DNA from: Candidatus Aenigmatarchaeota archaeon
GTDB lineage: Archaea; Aenigmatarchaeota; Aenigmatarchaeia; PWEA01; JAGHBM01
DNA length: 60,248 bases
NCBI GenBank assembly: GCA_021162085.1
Contig: JAGGZI010000040.1
Span: 1 to 60,248 of the forward strand
Direction of reading: 5' to 3'
Below the pieces are notes generated by a model. The model ran no database searches, was not told the DNA's origin, and saw only the letters and a program-made list of their open reading frames with translations. Below, in pieces: positions 55,836 through 60,248 of this stretch. Positions within the stretch are counted from its first letter, which is position 1. Every line of letters begins with the position of its first letter. A program made the translations under genes and the position numbers.

Positions 55836-56180
55836 CTAAAGAGTTGGCTCAGTTGTATATTTAATTCTTTCCTCTACGGACTTGCTCTCATGGAGAACTT
55901 CCTCGTACATATTGTATGGTATTATTCTAAGAGAATCAAGGTATTGCCTTAGTTCATCAATTGCCTTTTTAAAATGTCTCTTTTTTCCTGCAAGAAAGAA
56001 ATATGTGACTGCATTTCTCAGATGATCCACTTCTCCATTTGAAAATATTCTCTTACTTTGCTTCTCATACTCCTCAAATTCCTTTTTACCCATTTCATTT
56101 AGACGCCTGATCTTTTCTTGCTCCGATAAATCAAAAAAATCTTCTCCAATTTTCTTTTTAAGTTCTTCCTCAAATAACAT
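55836..56180 (-). CDS. Hypothetical cytoplasmic helical protein (114 aa) between ATPase and platform genes
   Basis: K/E-rich helical sequence without a TM segment. No family recognised. Confidence 0.45.
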   Translation of the reverse strand: MLFEEELKKKIGEDFFDLSEQEKIRRLNEMGKKEFEEYEKQSKRIFSNGEVDHLRNAVTYFFLAGKKRHFKKAIDELRQYLDSLRIIPYNMYEEVLHESKSVEERIKYTTEPTL

Positions 56181-56310
56181 AAATAAGAAATCTTCATAAA
56201 AAGCTATTTAAATTTAATGTTCCCATTGAACTAAAAAATGCAAAATTTAAAGGATAAGAGCCTTGAGAGGCTAAAATTTAAAATTTTCTTATCGTAAGAA
56301 ACCGTTAAAT

Positions 56311-58584
56311 TTATATATGAGTTGTCTGAGTTTTCTTCCATTTTTTTATCTGTTCCTTCATCCAGTCATCCCACATCTTGTATGCCCTTTCCGGTGGTAT
56401 CGAGCCCACCTCTTCCCTTAGCTCCTCAGAGATTAAATGAAACTTCTCGTTTGATAACACCACAAATGGGGCTTCCATGAGTTCTTTTATTCCCGTGTTC
56501 AGGGCATAGTTTGTTATGGCCTGTTTTATTTTTCCTCTGAGGTTTATGTTGTCCCATACTGCTGACCAGTTGCCTGACCATTCTCTTATGTTAGATGCTA
56601 TTTCATTCAATATAACACTTTCCCCGTTTAGAAGTGTGGATGTTGGCTTTAGAGTATCCTCCTTTGCCGAATATTCCATAAGGTTCACGAAGCCTCCCTC
56701 TTCAACGGGGTCTTTCCTCCAGTGCTTTCTTACTTCCGTTACGGTTGTTACCCTCCTGAATCTATGAAGTCCATCTGCTGACTTGAGTATGTTGCATATT
56801 ATCACAAGGTCGGTTGCCTTGAAGGATGTTACTGGAACTCCCAGGTCATTTACAACACGGTCAAATATACCATAAGCACTTTCCCCGTGAATTGTCCCAG
56901 CAACTGTGTTTGCAAGAGCACCAATTCTCATTGCCTCGTAAAGTGCCTTTGCCTCTGTGGACCTGACCTCACCAAGTATTAGACAGGAATCTCCAAGTCT
57001 TAGGGCAGTTCTTATGGCTTCCTCGGTTGGCATCTCAGTTTCCACCTGTGTTATCACGGAACGGGATTTTAATCTCTCTATGTTGAATCCAAGTTCTCTC
57101 ATCCTCTTGACACTCAGTTCAAGTGTATCCTCAACGGTGACTATTCTATATTTCTTCATTATCTCAAGCATTGACGCATTTAGGAGTGAGGTTTTTCCTG
57201 ATGATCTGGTCCCGCCAATGAGGAATGTTCTTGAACCATCGATTACAAAGGACATCAGCCCTGCAAATAGTGGATTAAAGAATCTTATATCTGGCTTAAG
57301 GTAAAGTGGGTAAGTCCATGGATCATCTCTGTGCCTCCTTATTGAGAATCCAAATCCATCAGGAGATAGGGATCTCGTTATCACGGTTATTCTTGCCCTT
57401 CCCCCGGGCACCATAGCCTCCGTGTCAAGCACCGGATTTGCCTCATCCAGTGGTCTACCAGACATCATCCTGAATCTTGTTACCCAATATTCGGCATCCT
57501 CATGAGTTGGTATCAGATTGGTTTCACACTCCTGGTAATCCTGATGAAATATGTATATGGGTATCTCCCCAATTGGAGAATTTATGTATATGTCTTGAAT
57601 CTTTTTGTCTGCGAGCAGAACCTCAAGTATTCCAAGTCCCCCGGTATATCTTGTCAGTATCTCGGTAAGTTCTTCCACGTCCTGAGTCGAAAGCCTGATT
57701 CCCATCTGATCAGATAAGTCTGTTATGAGGTCTCTTCCTATGTTAGAAAATACTTCCCTCATTTTTTCTGGCTCGGTGAATTCTAAGGCTCTCGGCTTAT
57801 GTTCGGTTAGATATCTCCTTGCGGCATCTAAAATTGTGTATTTGTCCTCACCCAATCTGAACTCAGGGGGAACAACATGGTATACATATCTAACGGAGTT
57901 TGGTACTTTGTATATCTCTACCTCCACATCACCACCAATCTTATACCTATCTATTATCTCTCCGCCCCTTGGTGGCTGGGTCATGTACTTAGTTAACATG
58001 AAGTTTGGTCTAGTTGTGGGGTGGAATATCTCCCTGTATACGCCTCTATCGCCAATTTTATATTTGGACATGAATGGTTTTGCCTTCTTTATCAGATCAA
58101 GATTCTCTAATGTAGTTATGGTTGGAATCAATACGTTATCAAGTAGTTTCTGATAACATATTTGAGTTCTTCCCGTAACGGACTCTATTTTTATCCTAGT
58201 ATGCCTTATCAATCTCTTTATTTTTTCGTAGGCGGCAATCGGGTCGGACCTCAGATCGCTGAGCACGATACTTTGAAATTTAGAAAAAACTTCGCCCGTA
58301 TAGCCCATGCACTCTCTTCCAGCCCTTAAAGGGCTTATCAACTTCTTCGTTTTTATTATCTCATTTATTGCAGAGGCAAGTTGCGCAAGCATTTTAGTTT
58401 GTTCAAACGGGTATTCGTATTCCCTATTTTTAGCGAGAACTATGCTCTTGACGTTCTTGGTCTCTATAAGCTTGTCAATCGTTCGTGCCATACAGGCAGG
58501 ATAATCCTCTATACTGGAACCATATATACAACCAAGGCAATTAACCCTCATTGTTCCGTCCTTCATCTCATACTCGCAGACCAT
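56311..58584 (-). CDS. Type II/IV secretion-family ATPase (FlaI/PilB/VirB11-like) with long N-terminal extension
   Basis: Walker A IGGTRSSGKTSLLNA, Asp box VTVEDTLEL, Walker B CLILGEVRSTEA, His-box-like GTIHGES. The N-terminal ~300 aa include C3/C16/C19/C31. Confidence 0.9.
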   Translation of the reverse strand: MVCEYEMKDGTMRVNCLGCIYGSSIEDYPACMARTIDKLIETKNVKSIVLAKNREYEYPFEQTKMLAQLASAINEIIKTKKLISPLRAGRECMGYTGEVFSKFQSIVLSDLRSDPIAAYEKIKRLIRHTRIKIESVTGRTQICYQKLLDNVLIPTITTLENLDLIKKAKPFMSKYKIGDRGVYREIFHPTTRPNFMLTKYMTQPPRGGEIIDRYKIGGDVEVEIYKVPNSVRYVYHVVPPEFRLGEDKYTILDAARRYLTEHKPRALEFTEPEKMREVFSNIGRDLITDLSDQMGIRLSTQDVEELTEILTRYTGGLGILEVLLADKKIQDIYINSPIGEIPIYIFHQDYQECETNLIPTHEDAEYWVTRFRMMSGRPLDEANPVLDTEAMVPGGRARITVITRSLSPDGFGFSIRRHRDDPWTYPLYLKPDIRFFNPLFAGLMSFVIDGSRTFLIGGTRSSGKTSLLNASMLEIMKKYRIVTVEDTLELSVKRMRELGFNIERLKSRSVITQVETEMPTEEAIRTALRLGDSCLILGEVRSTEAKALYEAMRIGALANTVAGTIHGESAYGIFDRVVNDLGVPVTSFKATDLVIICNILKSADGLHRFRRVTTVTEVRKHWRKDPVEEGGFVNLMEYSAKEDTLKPTSTLLNGESVILNEIASNIREWSGNWSAVWDNINLRGKIKQAITNYALNTGIKELMEAPFVVLSNEKFHLISEELREEVGSIPPERAYKMWDDWMKEQIKKWKKTQTTHI

Positions 58585-58750
58585 ATAACATCATCTAAAT
58601 TCATTTACTCTTTCGATGGCAAAAATGGAACGTTAGTTTCCATACAATAGATAATCTTTAAGCTTTTTGAATATAAAATTGTTTCAAAGGGGAGAGGTTT
58701 ATCTAATACCAGTTGCTAAATTTTTATAAAAAGATAATCAACCTATTATC

Positions 58751-60248
58751 ATGAAAAAATTAATGATTCTTGTTTTTTTGTTTTTTGTAGTTTTGCTTAC
58801 GCCTAGAACCTTTGCAACCGGAGAGCCAATTCTCATCAACACCACCACAGACAAATCCACATACAACGAAGGAGACACAGTTTACTTCATTTCATACGTA
58901 AACGACACCAGCGGTGACTACGTAAAATTACTCATAGACAACAGTACAGACTTCACAAATTGTAATTATTCTGTAACCACCGGTTGCATAGCTGCATCTT
59001 CACCTTTACAAACAACAGGCTCACCACAACAACTGAACGCAACTTTAACCGCCTCACAAGACACAACCTGGTATGCAAAAGTCTGTGATGATGGTGGATT
59101 ATGTTATGGACCAAATGAGTGGTGTTACCAAGAATTTGCAAATAAATCTACTAATTGTGGTGGATTAGGAAATGGAAGTTATGTTTTTGATGGAGATTGG
59201 AACAATGAAAATAACTTAATAGACGGAGATTGGAGCAGTTATGCCCGCCTTGGTGGATGTAACGTCGGTGATCTTTATATGAATTATACAATACCTTCCA
59301 CCGTAATTAATGCGATGGTTGAAGACAAATACCAATATGTTATTGCTGGAGGAGCAATATGTCCTTCCTTTAGAGAATTTATCTCAATTTCTTATCAAAA
59401 TTCAAGTAAAGAAATTAAAAGCATTTGTGATGGGGAAAATATATTGGGATTATCAAATAATAAAATAAGAGATAATCAAGTGATAAAGAAGACAGAGCAT
59501 TATTACAATGGTCTCCTGTATAAATTTTATGGAAATAATTTTGAATTAGAGGCTACAGCCAATCATATGATATATGTTAAAAACAATGGTTATATAAGAG
59601 CTGATAAAGTGAAAATAGGAGATGATTTCTTAATTCTAAAAGAAAATAAATCACTAAGTTATGAAAAAGTAAAAAAAATAGAGTCTTATTGGTATAATGG
59701 AAGGGTGTATGACTTAGCTACTGAAACACAAAACTTCTTTGCAAATAATATATTGGTTCATAATGTATATGATGATTCAAGATTGAGATGTTATAATGGA
59801 AGTGAATGGGAGACAGTGAAGGATCTCAGCGATAGTGGCGTTCTTGTAAATGAAAATGCCACCATTCCAAATAGTTGCTTGCAAGGAGATGTACTACAAC
59901 TTAAGTATCATTTTGATACCGAAGCTTCTCCCGCATGTTACGCAAATTTTTACGAAGAAGCAATGTGGTGGAATATGTCTTTTACAGGTAGTTTCACTGT
60001 ATCATCACCAGAGGTCATAGACATGACAGTTCACGACGTGCCCATACAGTTTGGTAATGATGACCCCGGAACTGTTAACAAGTCGGCACAGGTTGGAAAT
60101 GGTTTCCCAATGATAGTTACCATAGAGCCAACCACAACAGTCAGCACAAATTTGACCCTAAGAGGATTGAACAACTTCTCATCTGGCTCAAGTTATTTCA
60201 ACATAGGAAATTTAACATATTCTAACGTTTCAACAATTGGGACCGGAA
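58751..60248 (+). CDS. Secreted glycoprotein with embedded Hint (intein-like) domain, 3'-partial
   Basis: Hand translation is open from ATG 58751 to the window end (not in the ORF track because there is no stop). Signal peptide MKKLMILVFLFFVVLLTPRTFA. Many N-x-S/T sequons and Cys. Ends in an IQFGNDDPGT module like 14..2218. Confidence 0.75.
   Translation, partial: MKKLMILVFLFFVVLLTPRTFATGEPILINTTTDKSTYNEGDTVYFISYVNDTSGDYVKLLIDNSTDFTNCNYSVTTGCIAASSPLQTTGSPQQLNATLTASQDTTWYAKVCDDGGLCYGPNEWCYQEFANKSTNCGGLGNGSYVFDGDWNNENNLIDGDWSSYARLGGCNVGDLYMNYTIPSTVINAMVEDKYQYVIAGGAICPSFREFISISYQNSSKEIKSICDGENILGLSNNKIRDNQVIKKTEHYYNGLLYKFYGNNFELEATANHMIYVKNNGYIRADKVKIGDDFLILKENKSLSYEKVKKIESYWYNGRVYDLATETQNFFANNILVHNVYDDSRLRCYNGSEWETVKDLSDSGVLVNENATIPNSCLQGDVLQLKYHFDTEASPACYANFYEEAMWWNMSFTGSFTVSSPEVIDMTVHDVPIQFGNDDPGTVNKSAQVGNGFPMIVTIEPTTTVSTNLTLRGLNNFSSGSSYFNIGNLTYSNVSTIGTG
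59426..59764 (+). other. 113-aa Hint / mini-intein-like domain inside the secreted protein
   Basis: Starts with Cys (SI|CDGENILGL). Block B is ELEATANHMIYV (TxxH); block F/G is GRVYDLATETQNFFANNILVHN. The next residue is Val, not C/S/T. No homing-endonuclease insert. Confidence 0.65.

Noticed and set aside
59426-59764. Canonical self-splicing, homing intein.
   Set aside because: The +1 residue after the terminal HN is Val rather than Cys, Ser or Thr. There is no LAGLIDADG or HNH endonuclease insert. The host is a secreted variable protein. It is therefore reported as a BIL-like Hint domain instead.
1-60248. Whether the partial glycoprotein at the 3' end continues into the partial glycoprotein at the 5' end (circular element or wrap-around).
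   Set aside because: The reading frames and sequences at the two edges do not join. The last codons GTG... run into ...YTIYVNINQ with no continuity of motifs. The backbone is ordinary chromosomal housekeeping DNA, and the similarity is limited to a shared domain type.

Overview
AT-rich archaeal chromosomal segment. The archaeal assignment rests on TFB, L15e, L37Ae, RpoP, exosome Rrp4/Rrp41/Rrp42, proteasome alpha, Alba, RNase P proteins Rpp30/Pop5, ABCE1, Trm1, Nre and Mre11/Rad50/HerA/NurA. Proteins are K/E/I-rich, Shine-Dalgarno sites (GGAGGTG) are strong, GTG/TTG starts are frequent, and many stop/start codons overlap. A small thermophilic or DPANN-like archaeon is only an inference. The housekeeping backbone runs from about 6.5 to 45.9 kb, with accessory cell-surface loci at both ends. 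(i) 1-5.8 kb encodes heavily N-glycosylation-sequon-rich secreted proteins. (ii) 45.9-58.6 kb is one minus-strand operon: a FlaI/PilB-type ATPase, a FlaJ/TadC-type platform protein and a run of 14 downstream ORFs, at least 11 of them with class III (prepilin-like) signal peptides. These range from ~40-50 aa mini-pilins to two Cys-rich giants of 552 and 781 aa; the 552-aa protein ends in an endostatin/C-type-lectin-like domain. (iii) Diverging from that operon, a 3'-partial secreted glycoprotein carries a 113-aa Hint (mini-intein-like) domain with no +1 nucleophile. I also read three tRNA genes (Leu-GAG, Glu-CUC, Arg-UCG) on the minus strand that together hold about eight introns. Each has one in the T-loop near 59/60, and the introns share hairpin modules. 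A perfect 68-bp tandem duplication copies the RBS, start codon and first codons of the RNase P Rpp30 gene. The best candidate for an undescribed system is the pilus/adhesin operon together with the Hint-bearing surface protein. All function calls come from reading motifs by eye; no searches were run. Many long ORF-track entries antisense to K/E-rich genes are treated as artefacts.
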